Source: Deltaproteobacteria bacterium (GTDB taxonomy: Bacteria > JAMCPX01). Taken from it: a DNA stretch of 64,000 nt. The position numbers were made by a program, and so were the translations under genes. Every line of letters starts with the position of its first letter. Positions within the stretch are counted from its first letter, which is position 1. Below the pieces are notes generated by a model. That model saw only the letters and a list, made by a program, of their open reading frames with translations, did not search any database and was not told the origin of the DNA. The DNA lies in NCBI GenBank assembly GCA_023381995.1, contig JAMCVD010000111.1, positions 545 to 64,544 on the forward strand, given 5' to 3'. Of this stretch, positions 55,449 to 64,000 are shown piece after piece.

Positions 55449-55898
55449 CCTGTCCCCCCAATGTTAACCCGAAAAATGCAATAGGGAAGTTTGCTCATTC
55501 GTTTGGGGTACCCATGCGGGGCAGGGGGCGTACGATCCACCTATAAACTATATAAGTTTTTTTCATAAGGAATGGTATAGTCCTCTGTAAGTTTATATGC
55601 ACAAACCGACGTTATGGTTTTTGTCGATATTCGAAGAACACCCCTGTTCGGCGCAGGCTTATCACTCATTACACAAACTTCGCTCTCTTACAAATGCATT
55701 TTTCGGCCTAATGGAAGTTTTTCACTTTGCAGCATCCGCCCCGAACGGCCCTATAGACGCGCCTATAACATTCCAATTGACGCCGTAGTCCACATCGCAT
55801 TTTGGCTGTGATCTTGATCAGGGCGCCGTATTCTCTTGACAACGTCTATCGCTATTGATAAAAATGTCAAAAAATTGCAGGCTTGAACGGGGCCGTCG

Positions 55899-56966
55899 TT
55901 GGCTCTTGTTACCGGCGCTTGCGGATTTACGGGTACGCACATGGTCGAGCTTTTAAAAGAACGCGGATGGGACGTCGTCGCAACGGACCTTAAAAAAGAA
56001 GAGCACGCACAGTACTACTGCGAAGAGGGCGATCTCCATCCTGTGCACTACGAGGAGTACATCTCGAAGCTCGGCGTGCAGTTCATCCCCGCGGACCTTA
56101 CCAAGAAAGAGACCATGGCCCCTCTCTTCACGGGGAAGACATACGATGCGGTCTTTCATATAGCCTCCCTGTACGATTATTTCGCCACGTGGGACGTGCT
56201 CTACAACGTCAACGTCAACGGGGGACGTAACCTTGCGGAGCTCGTCCTTGCAAACAAGGTAAAGAGGTTCATCCACTGGAGTACCGACGGGGTGTACGGG
56301 GAGACGAAGAAGCTCCCCGGCGACGAGGACGAGCCGTACGATCCGCCAAACCTCTACTCCAAGTCGAAGATGGAGCAGGAGAAGGTCCTGTGGGAACTTT
56401 ACAGGACGAAAGGCCTGCCGCTGACCGTGCTCAGGCCGGCGCCCATCTACGGGCCCAGGCACAGGTACGGCGTGTACCACATCCTCTACGGCGTGGAGAA
56501 GATGGGGATGGGGTTCGTCATATCGTGGTTCCCGAAGAGGCATACGCTCATGTTCCCGTCCGTCCACGTGAAGGACCTCGTGAATGCCGCCCTGTTTACC
56601 GCGGAGAAGCCCGAGGCAATCGGACAGGCGTACAACGTGCTGAGCGACTGTATAAGCCAGACGGACATGATCGAGTTTATCTACAGGTCGCTGGGCATGG
56701 AGAGGGTGATCAGAATACCGATGTGGTGGCCGCTGTACAAGGGCCTGACGAAGGTAGGTCTGAAGCTCGTCAGGGGCATCGATGCGCGTGCGAGGAGCCA
56801 GGGGAAGAGGCCCAAGGTGGACGTGCCGATGGTGGAATACATGACGCACCAATACTGGTTCTCCAACGAGAAGATACGAAAGCTCGGCTTCAGGTTCACG
56901 TATCAGGACCCGAGAAAGGGGATGTGGGACTACATAACATGGTGTAAAGAAAGGGGATGGCTATGA
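55899..56966 (+). CDS. NAD-dependent epimerase/dehydratase (extended SDR)
   Basis: TTG start (the only in-frame start after an upstream TGA); ALVTGACGFTGTHMV; YSKSK catalytic motif. Confidence 0.85.
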   Translation: MALVTGACGFTGTHMVELLKERGWDVVATDLKKEEHAQYYCEEGDLHPVHYEEYISKLGVQFIPADLTKKETMAPLFTGKTYDAVFHIASLYDYFATWDVLYNVNVNGGRNLAELVLANKVKRFIHWSTDGVYGETKKLPGDEDEPYDPPNLYSKSKMEQEKVLWELYRTKGLPLTVLRPAPIYGPRHRYGVYHILYGVEKMGMGFVISWFPKRHTLMFPSVHVKDLVNAALFTAEKPEAIGQAYNVLSDCISQTDMIEFIYRSLGMERVIRIPMWWPLYKGLTKVGLKLVRGIDARARSQGKRPKVDVPMVEYMTHQYWFSNEKIRKLGFRFTYQDPRKGMWDYITWCKERGWL

Positions 56967-57361
56967 GAATATTTATACTCGATGTGCCGATCGTAATAAT
57001 CGCCGGTCTGGTCTCGGCCTATGCATACGCGAAGTACCTGCGCGAGAGGCACCCGGACGCATACGTGCTGATGGGACTGCTCGTTGTACTGATATGCTGG
57101 CTCAACGTTGTCCTGTCGAACCTTGGTATCATCGGCCCGTGGTTTACCGGCAGGATGGTCGTGCCGGTGAATACCACGATCGGCATCTTCTATGTGCTTT
57201 CCTATCCGTTGTGGTTCATCTGGGGCGGCGAGAGGTCGCTGAGCTTGCTCGGTAGGTCGAAGGCACAGGGCGGTCTGCTCTGGCCGATCACATTAAAGGA
57301 CACGACGGCCCCGTTCAAGCCTGCATGGTACAACACACAGGACATCAAGGACAGGAAGTAG
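56957..57361 (+). CDS. Small integral membrane protein (4 predicted TM), unknown function
   Basis: 134 aa, hydrophobic segments. The start overlaps the upstream SDR stop by 10 nt. I recognise no family. Confidence 0.5.
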   Translation: MAMRIFILDVPIVIIAGLVSAYAYAKYLRERHPDAYVLMGLLVVLICWLNVVLSNLGIIGPWFTGRMVVPVNTTIGIFYVLSYPLWFIWGGERSLSLLGRSKAQGGLLWPITLKDTTAPFKPAWYNTQDIKDRK

Positions 57362-57391
57362 GGCTCCGAAGACGGGCCCGGGTCTCGGGAG

Positions 57392-58474
57392 GTGCAGATG
57401 GAGAAAAAGGTTTTAATAACGGGGGCGGGCGGTTTTATAGGGAAGAAGCTTACGAAGGCCTTTATAGAGGGCGGGTTTTCCGTAAGGGCAATGGACATAT
57501 CTCTGGAGTTTTTGAAAGAGCCGGCGGCCCTTGGTGCTGAGCCCGTGGCCGCACGCCTCGAAGACAGGGACGCCGTTTCGAGCGCCGCTGCGGGCGTCAA
57601 TACGGTCATTGCGGCAGGCGCCGTCTTCGACCTGGGCGCTCCGCTCGCTGCGATGAGGGCGGCGAACGTCGACGGTGTTCGGAACCTTGTGGAGGCCTCC
57701 CTGAAGCACGGTGTGGAACAGTACATACATTTTTCCACGGTGGGAGTGTACGGCAGACCGGCCGAGATTCCCTGTCGGCCTGGCTCCCCCAAGAACCCCA
57801 GGAACAACTATGAGAGGACAAAATGGGAGGGCGAACAGCTCTTCTGGAGCCTCGTAAAGGACAAGCCCATATGTGCCACTGCCGTACGACCGACGCTGGT
57901 GTACGGGCCCGGGAGCAAATACGGTCATGCGATGTTCCTTTCGATCTTTGAGCTGATGGGGCTCAGGAAGAAGAGGCTGCCCGTGCTTGCAAGCTCCTAC
58001 AAGAACCACCATGTGCATGTGGACGACGTCGTCGGCGTCCTGCTGAGCATAGCGAAGCGGCCGGACGTCGTCAGGAACAAGATATACAATATAGCGGACA
58101 CACTGCCGCTCGGCGTAGAGGGGTTCTACAAAAGCCTTCTGGATGCACTCCAGTTCAGCTACGGCGCACAGGTAAATATACCGCGTCTGCTCTGGAACAT
58201 CGGCATAAGTCTGTTCACGCATTTCCCGAACTTCATATTCAACCGTATCAACGCGGACATAGGGAAGAAGTGGTCGTGGCTCTGTACCCGGCACAGCCTC
58301 GAGCCCGCCCTGAAGCCGAGGTTCGACAGGGACTGGCTCGGATACTTCAAGGGCGACCATATCTACGATACCTCCGGACTCGATGAGCTCGGGTACCAGT
58401 TCAAATACCCTCTCTTCAAAGACGGCGTGAAGGCAACCGTCGAATGGTACAGAGAGCACAGGTGGCTTGCCTGA
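57392..58474 (+). CDS. NAD-dependent epimerase/dehydratase (extended SDR), second paralogue
   Basis: KVLITGAGGFIGKKL; YERTK catalytic motif; 360 aa. Confidence 0.85.
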   Translation: MQMEKKVLITGAGGFIGKKLTKAFIEGGFSVRAMDISLEFLKEPAALGAEPVAARLEDRDAVSSAAAGVNTVIAAGAVFDLGAPLAAMRAANVDGVRNLVEASLKHGVEQYIHFSTVGVYGRPAEIPCRPGSPKNPRNNYERTKWEGEQLFWSLVKDKPICATAVRPTLVYGPGSKYGHAMFLSIFELMGLRKKRLPVLASSYKNHHVHVDDVVGVLLSIAKRPDVVRNKIYNIADTLPLGVEGFYKSLLDALQFSYGAQVNIPRLLWNIGISLFTHFPNFIFNRINADIGKKWSWLCTRHSLEPALKPRFDRDWLGYFKGDHIYDTSGLDELGYQFKYPLFKDGVKATVEWYREHRWLA

Positions 58475-58503
58475 CCGGCGGGCCGGTACGACGACAGAAG
58501 ATA

Positions 58504-58533
58504 TTGCTTGCAAACGCACTCTATTCGTATAAT
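58504..58533 (+). promoter_or_regulatory. Candidate promoter for comEC with near-leaderless geometry
   Basis: TTGCTT (58504-58509), 18-nt spacer, perfect TATAAT (58528-58533), then 8 nt to the ATG at 58542. No SD. Confidence 0.35.
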
Positions 58534-58541
58534 AGACAGGC

Positions 58542-61016
58542 ATGGGACTTTTGCCTGTTTTCGTCGCGTTGGCGGCAGGTATCCTGCTGCATGACGGTGC
58601 TTTTTTCGTACCAGCCTCAGTCTATGTTCTTTCCCCCGTACTGCTTGTCTGCTCGTGCGTATGGGTAAGGGACAGAAGGGTATGGATACTGCTCGCTTCG
58701 TTTTTTACGTTCCTTGCGGCCGGCAGACTGGGCTATCGGGCAGATGACTGTTCGGCCAGGGTCCTGTCCCGTGCGCATGGCGGGAAGATATCGATATCCG
58801 GGTGGGTAGACCAGCCGGTATCGTTTTCGCCGGACATGGAAAAGATGATAGTGAAGATCGACAGGCTCGACGGCAGCGTCGTGGACGGCAACGGTTGCTT
58901 TCTCTGGTTGGGCCTTATCATGGGGCAGCACCATTCCTGGGGGCAGCGCCCAATGCCGGCCAGGGGGAACTATATAACCGCGTTCGCAGTACCAAGGAGG
59001 CCGAAGAATTACAGGAACCCCGGCTCATTCGACTATAGAAAGGGACTCGAGAGGAAAGGCATTGGTGCCGTCGCATACGTCGGCGGGCCGGACGCGCTGT
59101 CCGTCGACTACCGCAAGACGCGTCCCGGGCCCGTCGCCGGGATGTACAGGGCGACGGAGGCCGTCAGGAACGAAATCAGGCGCTCCATAGAAGCGCATGT
59201 GGAGAATCCGGATGTCCGGGGCGTTATCACCGCGCTCGTCATAGGCGATCAGGGCTCTCTGTCCCGGGACGTCAGGAGGACGTTCTCGTCAACGGGCATT
59301 ATTCACATACTCGTCGTGGCCGGTCTGCACCTCGGCATCATAACGCACCTCCTCTATATGCTCCTGAAGTTCCTCCTGTCCCGCTCGAAGTACCTGTGCC
59401 TGCATGCGAACATACCGAAGCTCTCGCTGTCCGCGTCCATGATACCGATGGCAGGGTATATGCTTGTAAGCGGTGCCCATCCCCCTGTTGTGAGGAGCGG
59501 CATCATGATCTCGATCTACTGCCTCATCTTCCTCGTGAACAGGCAGCGGTCCAGGTGGACGGGCATACTTGTCGCCGCCATACTCATACTCGTAATGGAG
59601 CCGGCCGAGCTCTACAGCATCTCGTTCCAGCTCTCGTTCATCTCAGTCGGCTCTCTCATTGCGTTCATGCCCCTTCTGACGAGGCTGACATCGGCGATCG
59701 GCCTGCATAGAGACGCCCCTCTCTCCAGGGCCCTCGGAGCGATCGTCGGCATGCTCCTCGTGAGCTTTTTTATAACGGTGGGGCTTGCCGGTGTCCTTGC
59801 CTTCTACTTCAATACGGTCCCGCTGCTCGGCATCCTGCTGAATGTCGTCGTGATACCCCTCTTCGGGTACGTCATACTGCCCCTGTCCATCGTATCTTCC
59901 ATAGCTGGCACTATAGCGCACCCGGCGCTCCAGTGGGCATGCAGGGACCTTTTTGCGGCGACCTCATGGCTTATACGGATGGGCGTCATGGTGGTACGGC
60001 ATGCTTCGGACCTGCCGATGGCCTCCATAAGGGTCCCGACGCCCTCGGTGTCGGAGCTCATACTATACTATTCGATCGTCCTGGTGTTGATGAACGTCAG
60101 GAAGGCCGGTACCGGGCGCACCATCGTCCTGGCCTCGCCCCTTGTCCTGGCGCTGCTCCTCGATGCAGGTCACGACGTCTACAGGACGCGCCATAGGAAT
60201 GGGCTGTCGGTCACGTTTCTCGATGTCGGCCATGGCGACAGCGCGTTCGTGGAGTCCCCTCACGGCGGGACCATGCTGATCGATGGTGGCGGTGGCTTCC
60301 CCGGCAGCCGCGATATCGGCGAGTCCGTTGTTGCACGATACCTGTGGTCGCTGAAGAGGTCTTCCGTCGATTATGTGATCGCGTCCCATCCGCAGGTCGA
60401 CCATATAGGCGGGCTCGGCTTCGTCGTAAGGCACATGCATGTAAAAGAGGTCTACAGGAGCGACTGTAGGCCGGACACGCAGGTCTACCGGGACTTCATG
60501 GATGCGGTCGGTGCATCAGGGGCTGCGGTCCATACGATAACGGCGTCTGCGGAATCGGTGCGTCTGGACGGTGCCGATGTTACGTTGTTTACCGTGCCGC
60601 ATGAAGCGTGCGGTCCGGCATCGAACGGGGACATAAACGACTACCCCGTGATGGTCAGGATAACCTACGGTGGCGTGGGCTTCCTATTTACCGGGGACAT
60701 CGAGAAAAAAGCGGAGCGGCTTCTCGTAGACACCTATGGGCCGCATGGGATACTGAGGGCGTCGGTCCTCAAGGCGGCACATCATGGCAGCAGGACGTCA
60801 AGCACGGGACGGTTTCTCGATGCGGTCAGGCCGGAGGTCGCTGTCATCTCCGCGGCGGAGGACGACCGGTTCCACGTCCCGTCGAAGGCCGTCTTGAGGC
60901 GCTTTTTTGAAAGGGGCGTCCGCGTAGTGAGGACGGACAGGAGCGGCGCGATAAGGATCACAACGGACGGCAGGCACATAAGGATAGAGGGATACGTGGA
61001 GGACGGCGGGTGGTAG
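58542..61016 (+). CDS. comEC: DNA internalization competence protein ComEC/Rec2 (with C-terminal metallo-beta-lactamase domain)
   Basis: N-terminal OB/DUF4131-like region, polytopic competence domain (GIIHILVVAGLHLG), MBL motif DVGHGDS...HPQVDH...AAHHGS. Confidence 0.9.
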   Translation: MGLLPVFVALAAGILLHDGAFFVPASVYVLSPVLLVCSCVWVRDRRVWILLASFFTFLAAGRLGYRADDCSARVLSRAHGGKISISGWVDQPVSFSPDMEKMIVKIDRLDGSVVDGNGCFLWLGLIMGQHHSWGQRPMPARGNYITAFAVPRRPKNYRNPGSFDYRKGLERKGIGAVAYVGGPDALSVDYRKTRPGPVAGMYRATEAVRNEIRRSIEAHVENPDVRGVITALVIGDQGSLSRDVRRTFSSTGIIHILVVAGLHLGIITHLLYMLLKFLLSRSKYLCLHANIPKLSLSASMIPMAGYMLVSGAHPPVVRSGIMISIYCLIFLVNRQRSRWTGILVAAILILVMEPAELYSISFQLSFISVGSLIAFMPLLTRLTSAIGLHRDAPLSRALGAIVGMLLVSFFITVGLAGVLAFYFNTVPLLGILLNVVVIPLFGYVILPLSIVSSIAGTIAHPALQWACRDLFAATSWLIRMGVMVVRHASDLPMASIRVPTPSVSELILYYSIVLVLMNVRKAGTGRTIVLASPLVLALLLDAGHDVYRTRHRNGLSVTFLDVGHGDSAFVESPHGGTMLIDGGGGFPGSRDIGESVVARYLWSLKRSSVDYVIASHPQVDHIGGLGFVVRHMHVKEVYRSDCRPDTQVYRDFMDAVGASGAAVHTITASAESVRLDGADVTLFTVPHEACGPASNGDINDYPVMVRITYGGVGFLFTGDIEKKAERLLVDTYGPHGILRASVLKAAHHGSRTSSTGRFLDAVRPEVAVISAAEDDRFHVPSKAVLRRFFERGVRVVRTDRSGAIRITTDGRHIRIEGYVEDGGW

Positions 61017-61018
61017 CC

Positions 61019-61978
61019 CTATGTGCCGAGGAGCTCCATGATTGTGAGCAGCTCTTTTTTGATGGGCCTCACCCTGCTTATCGCGTCCTGGAACGGCGTA
61101 AACACGATATCGTCCTTGACGAGCCCTACCATCTTCCCGCTTCCGCCCTTGTTCAGGAAGTCGACGGCAAAGTATCCGAATTGCGAGGCAATCAGTCTGT
61201 CGAACACGGTAGGCGACCCGCCTCTCTGAATGTGTCCCAGCACCGTTACCCGTGTCTCAAAGCCTATCTCGTCCCTGAGCTCTTTCTCTATCTGGTACGC
61301 GCTTGTGGCACCCTCGGCGACGATGATGATGCTGTTGGAGCGCTTCTCCTCATAGCGCCTTCGCAGCTTTCCCGATATTGCCTTTATGTCGTAGGGTACC
61401 TCCGGCACTATCGCGAACTCTGCGCCGCTCGCCATTGCTGACATGACGGCGAGGTAGCCCGATTCCCTGCCCATCACCTCTATTATGAAGGCCCTGTCGT
61501 GGGACGAGGCGGTGTCCTTGATCTTGTCGACTGCATTGATGATGGTATTCAAGGCCGTATCGACGCCTATCGCCATATCGGTCCCGTACAGATCGTTATC
61601 GATCGAGCCGGGGATGCCCACCGTCGTCACCCCGAGCTCGTGGAGCTTGAGGGCACCCGTCAGGGAGCCGTTCCCCCCTATTATTACGAGCGCGTCTATG
61701 CCGTTCTTCTTTATGATGGTTACTGCCTTCCTCCTGCCTTCGTCGAGGAAGAATTCTTTGGATCGCGCCGTTTGGAGTATCGTCCCGCCGAACTGCAGGA
61801 TACCGCTGACGGATCTCGAATCGAGTCTCTGGAACTCCTCGCTGATCAGGCCGGAGTAGCCCCTGTGTACGCCTATGACCTCCCAGCCAAGGGCCAGGGC
61901 CGCCCTTACGCTCGCCCGCAAGGCCGAATTCATACCCGGCGAGTCGCCGCCGCTCGTCAGGACCCCTATTCTCTTCAT
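61019..61978 (-). CDS. pfkA: ATP-dependent 6-phosphofructokinase
   Basis: MKRIGVLTSGGDSPGMNSALRA...GIPGSIDND...MGRESG...GHIQRGG. Confidence 0.93.
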   Translation of the reverse strand: MKRIGVLTSGGDSPGMNSALRASVRAALALGWEVIGVHRGYSGLISEEFQRLDSRSVSGILQFGGTILQTARSKEFFLDEGRRKAVTIIKKNGIDALVIIGGNGSLTGALKLHELGVTTVGIPGSIDNDLYGTDMAIGVDTALNTIINAVDKIKDTASSHDRAFIIEVMGRESGYLAVMSAMASGAEFAIVPEVPYDIKAISGKLRRRYEEKRSNSIIIVAEGATSAYQIEKELRDEIGFETRVTVLGHIQRGGSPTVFDRLIASQFGYFAVDFLNKGGSGKMVGLVKDDIVFTPFQDAISRVRPIKKELLTIMELLGT

Positions 61979-62073
61979 GGCGCTGCCTCCTTATGGCATA
62001 AATGCCATTTCTTTACTTAAAAAGCAATCTGTTGTAACAGGTATGTCTATGGTGGAGACCGATTGACCTGATC

Positions 62074-62823
62074 ATGGACAGTTTCGACGAGCTAAAAGCA
62101 TATTTACCGGACGTCGAGGTCATAGCGACCGATGTCGACGATACGCTCACGATAGGGGGCCTGCTCACATCGGACGTCGTACGGGGGATCGAGTATATCA
62201 ACGGCATCGGCAAACGGGTCATACTTGTTACGGGCCGGTCCGGGGGCGCATGCACGACGCTCTCCCAGTATCTGCCGGTCGAAGCGGTCATCGCGGAGAA
62301 CGGGGGGGTGGTCATAAGAGACCATGATATAGCGCCGGTCAGGCTGCCGGGGGACCATACTTCGAGGCTGGAAAGGTGCTTTCAGGAGATTGTGGGCGAG
62401 TTTCCTGGCATGAGGCAGGCGCAGGACAATCCTTTCCGGCTGACGGACCGCTCCATCGACAATCTCTCCATACCCGGGTACGCCTATGAGGAGATCAGGC
62501 GTATTGCGCATTCCTACGGGCTTACGATAACGGTAAGCTCCGTGCAGACCCATATACTCTCGCCGGAGTGCAGCAAGGCCGCAGCATTGGGGGCCGTGGT
62601 CGGAGGAAGGAGCACGATTACGATAGGGGACTCCGCAAACGATGAGTCTATGTTCGACAGGGAGTTTTTCCCCCTGTCCGTCGGTGTCGCGAACGTAAGG
62701 AATTATCTCGATACGATGGAGCACAGGCCGAGATGGATTATGTCGAAAGAGCAGGGACACGGCTTTATCGAGTTCGTAGAGATACTGAGGTCCGCAGTCC
62801 GGGCGCGTGCCGATCGTCCTTGA
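62074..62823 (+). CDS. HAD-IIB (Cof-type) family phosphatase
   Basis: VIATDVDDTLT (motif I), VILVTGRS (motif II), GDSANDESMF (motif IV). Confidence 0.8.
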   Translation: MDSFDELKAYLPDVEVIATDVDDTLTIGGLLTSDVVRGIEYINGIGKRVILVTGRSGGACTTLSQYLPVEAVIAENGGVVIRDHDIAPVRLPGDHTSRLERCFQEIVGEFPGMRQAQDNPFRLTDRSIDNLSIPGYAYEEIRRIAHSYGLTITVSSVQTHILSPECSKAAALGAVVGGRSTITIGDSANDESMFDREFFPLSVGVANVRNYLDTMEHRPRWIMSKEQGHGFIEFVEILRSAVRARADRP

Positions 62824-62936
62824 CAGATGTGTCGTCGTAATGTACGAAGCGAGGACAGGTCCGATAGAGTGAGATTGATGGCCCGCCGCAGAGCGTCAGC
62901 GTTTGCCCTCACTCTCTGACGATTGACGGTGACGGA

Positions 62937-63086
62937 ATGAGCACAAGGGAAAAGAGAGCCAAGAAGATGACAACGGTCGTTGCCCTCGGGATCGGGGCGG
63001 GGCAGCCGGACCCGTTGAGGACGGACACGAGCTACCTTGCGACGCTGGGGTTCTCGTACCTGTTCGACCTGAGGGGAGCATTGTAA
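62937..63086 (+). pseudogene. Possible 49-codon remnant of an MBL-fold (RNase Z-like) gene
   Basis: MSTREKRAKKMTTVVALGIGAGQPDPLRTDTSYLATLGFSYLFDLRGAL* resembles an MBL-fold N-terminus (LG.G.G.P...R..S......lFD.G.G) but stops before the HxHxDH motif. It is followed by AT-rich promoter DNA. Confidence 0.25.
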
Positions 63087-63105
63087 TGGGGCATTTAAAA
63101 AAAGG

Positions 63106-63134
63106 TTGCAATTGCCCTAATAAGGTAGTATGAT
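63106..63134 (+). promoter_or_regulatory. Candidate sigma70 promoter for rho
   Basis: TTGCAA (63106-63111), 17-nt spacer, TATGAT (63129-63134). This leaves a leader of about 60 nt before the TTG at 63201. Confidence 0.4.
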
Positions 63135-63200
63135 TGTCCAATCAAAGGTAAGAGACTATCTCTCTTTGTGAAACAATCCCATAAGAAAAGGTGAATACAA

Positions 63201-64000
63201 TTGAACCTAAAAGAACTCAAAACAAAATCCATTGCAGAGCTTGCTAACATAGCACAAGAACTGAATGTAGAGAACGCGATGAGCATGCGCAGGCAGGAGC
63301 TCATCTTCGGTATACTCAACGCGGAGAGCGCGAACAACGGCATTATCTACGGCGAAGGGGTGCTCGAGATCCTGTCCGACGGCTACGGCTTCCTGAGGTC
63401 CTCCGACTACAACTACCTGCCGGGCCCGGACGATATATATGTGTCTCCGTCGCAGATAAGGAAGTTCGGTATAAGGACCGGGGACATGGTCACCGGGCAG
63501 ATCCGCCAGCCAAAAGAGGGCGAGAAGTACTTTGCGCTCGTGAAGGTCGAGAGCATCAACAGCGACGACCCGGAGGCGGCACGGAACAAGATCCTGTTCG
63601 ACAACCTTACGCCCCTCTATCCGGAGGAGAAGTTCAAGCTCGAGTACAACCATTCCGAGATGTCCACGCGGATTATAGACCTCCTCGCGCCCATAGGCAA
63701 GGGCCAGAGGGGGCTCATCGTCGCCCAGCCGAGGACGGGGAAGACCATACTCCTGCAGCACATCGCGAACGCCATAACGAAGAACCACCCGGAGGTGCAC
63801 CTCATCGTGCTTCTGATAGACGAGAGGCCCGAAGAGGTCACGGACATGCAGCGGTCGGTCAAGGGCGAGGTAATAAGCTCCACCTTTGACGAGCCCGCAC
63901 AGAGGCATGTACAGGTGGCGGAGATGGTTCTGGAGAAGGCAAAGAGGCTCGTGGAGCACGGCAGGGACGTCGTCATACTGCTCGACAGCATAACCCGTCT
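63201..64000 (+). CDS. rho: Transcription termination factor Rho, N-terminal ~266 aa (3' end outside window)
   Basis: Not in the supplied ORF track. TTG 63201 follows AAAGGTGA. The translation reads [39 protein letters not shown]...[10 protein letters not shown]...[16 protein letters not shown]...[15 protein letters not shown]...LIDERPEEV and is open to the window end. Confidence 0.93.
   Translation, partial: MNLKELKTKSIAELANIAQELNVENAMSMRRQELIFGILNAESANNGIIYGEGVLEILSDGYGFLRSSDYNYLPGPDDIYVSPSQIRKFGIRTGDMVTGQIRQPKEGEKYFALVKVESINSDDPEAARNKILFDNLTPLYPEEKFKLEYNHSEMSTRIIDLLAPIGKGQRGLIVAQPRTGKTILLQHIANAITKNHPEVHLIVLLIDERPEEVTDMQRSVKGEVISSTFDEPAQRHVQVAEMVLEKAKRLVEHGRDVVILLDSITR

Noticed and set aside
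55449-55898. Small plus-strand ORFs (55597..55788, 55614..55811) in the AT-rich spacer upstream of repeat copy 3.
   Set aside because: They have no SD and no recognisable motifs, and they overlap each other in different frames. I treat the region as non-coding, possibly degraded DNA.

Overview
This is a densely coding bacterial chromosomal window of about 60 genes. By eye it is moderately GC-rich with a few AT-rich patches; I did not attempt a taxonomic assignment. Most of it is housekeeping: purH (5' cut), purD, a Wza/Wzc-like export pair, pgsA, argJ, birA, coaX, a beta-oxidation block, lptF/lptG, resB/ccsA, comEC, pfkA, and rho (3' cut). rho starts with TTG and is absent from the supplied ORF track. 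I found no rRNA genes and no CRISPR array. Many long antisense ORFs in the track are shadow ORFs. There are three accessory patches. The first (22.0-23.4 kb) is a decayed integrative element (XRE regulator, truncated ORF6N gene) abutting an initiator-type tRNA-Met. The second (23.6-29.3 kb) is a surface-protein island holding a 1009-aa PKD+LVIVD lipoprotein, an IS21 istB remnant and an AT-rich Cys-rich lipoprotein. The third (53.8-55.9 kb) holds a beta-propeller lipoprotein. The strongest unexplained signal is a sharply bounded 239-nt repeat in three co-oriented copies (22651-22889, 28750-28988, 55210-55448; 96-97.5 % identical by hand alignment). Its termini are long-range complementary, its substitution pattern is non-coding, and one end carries a Shine-Dalgarno sequence 3 nt from a lipoprotein start codon. 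It could be a new MITE or a structured leader RNA, and it creates three chimeric ORF calls in the track. The second candidate is a tightly coupled operon after coaX: TPR-like protein, EF-G paralogue with a degenerate G domain, SPOR-like membrane protein, LPSD-repeat protein, and an MglA-type GTPase with a C-terminal extension and no MglB. Smaller items are an in-frame TAA splitting a FadB-like gene, a palindromic operator upstream of the fad genes, several apparently leaderless promoters, and C33 in the initiator tRNA.
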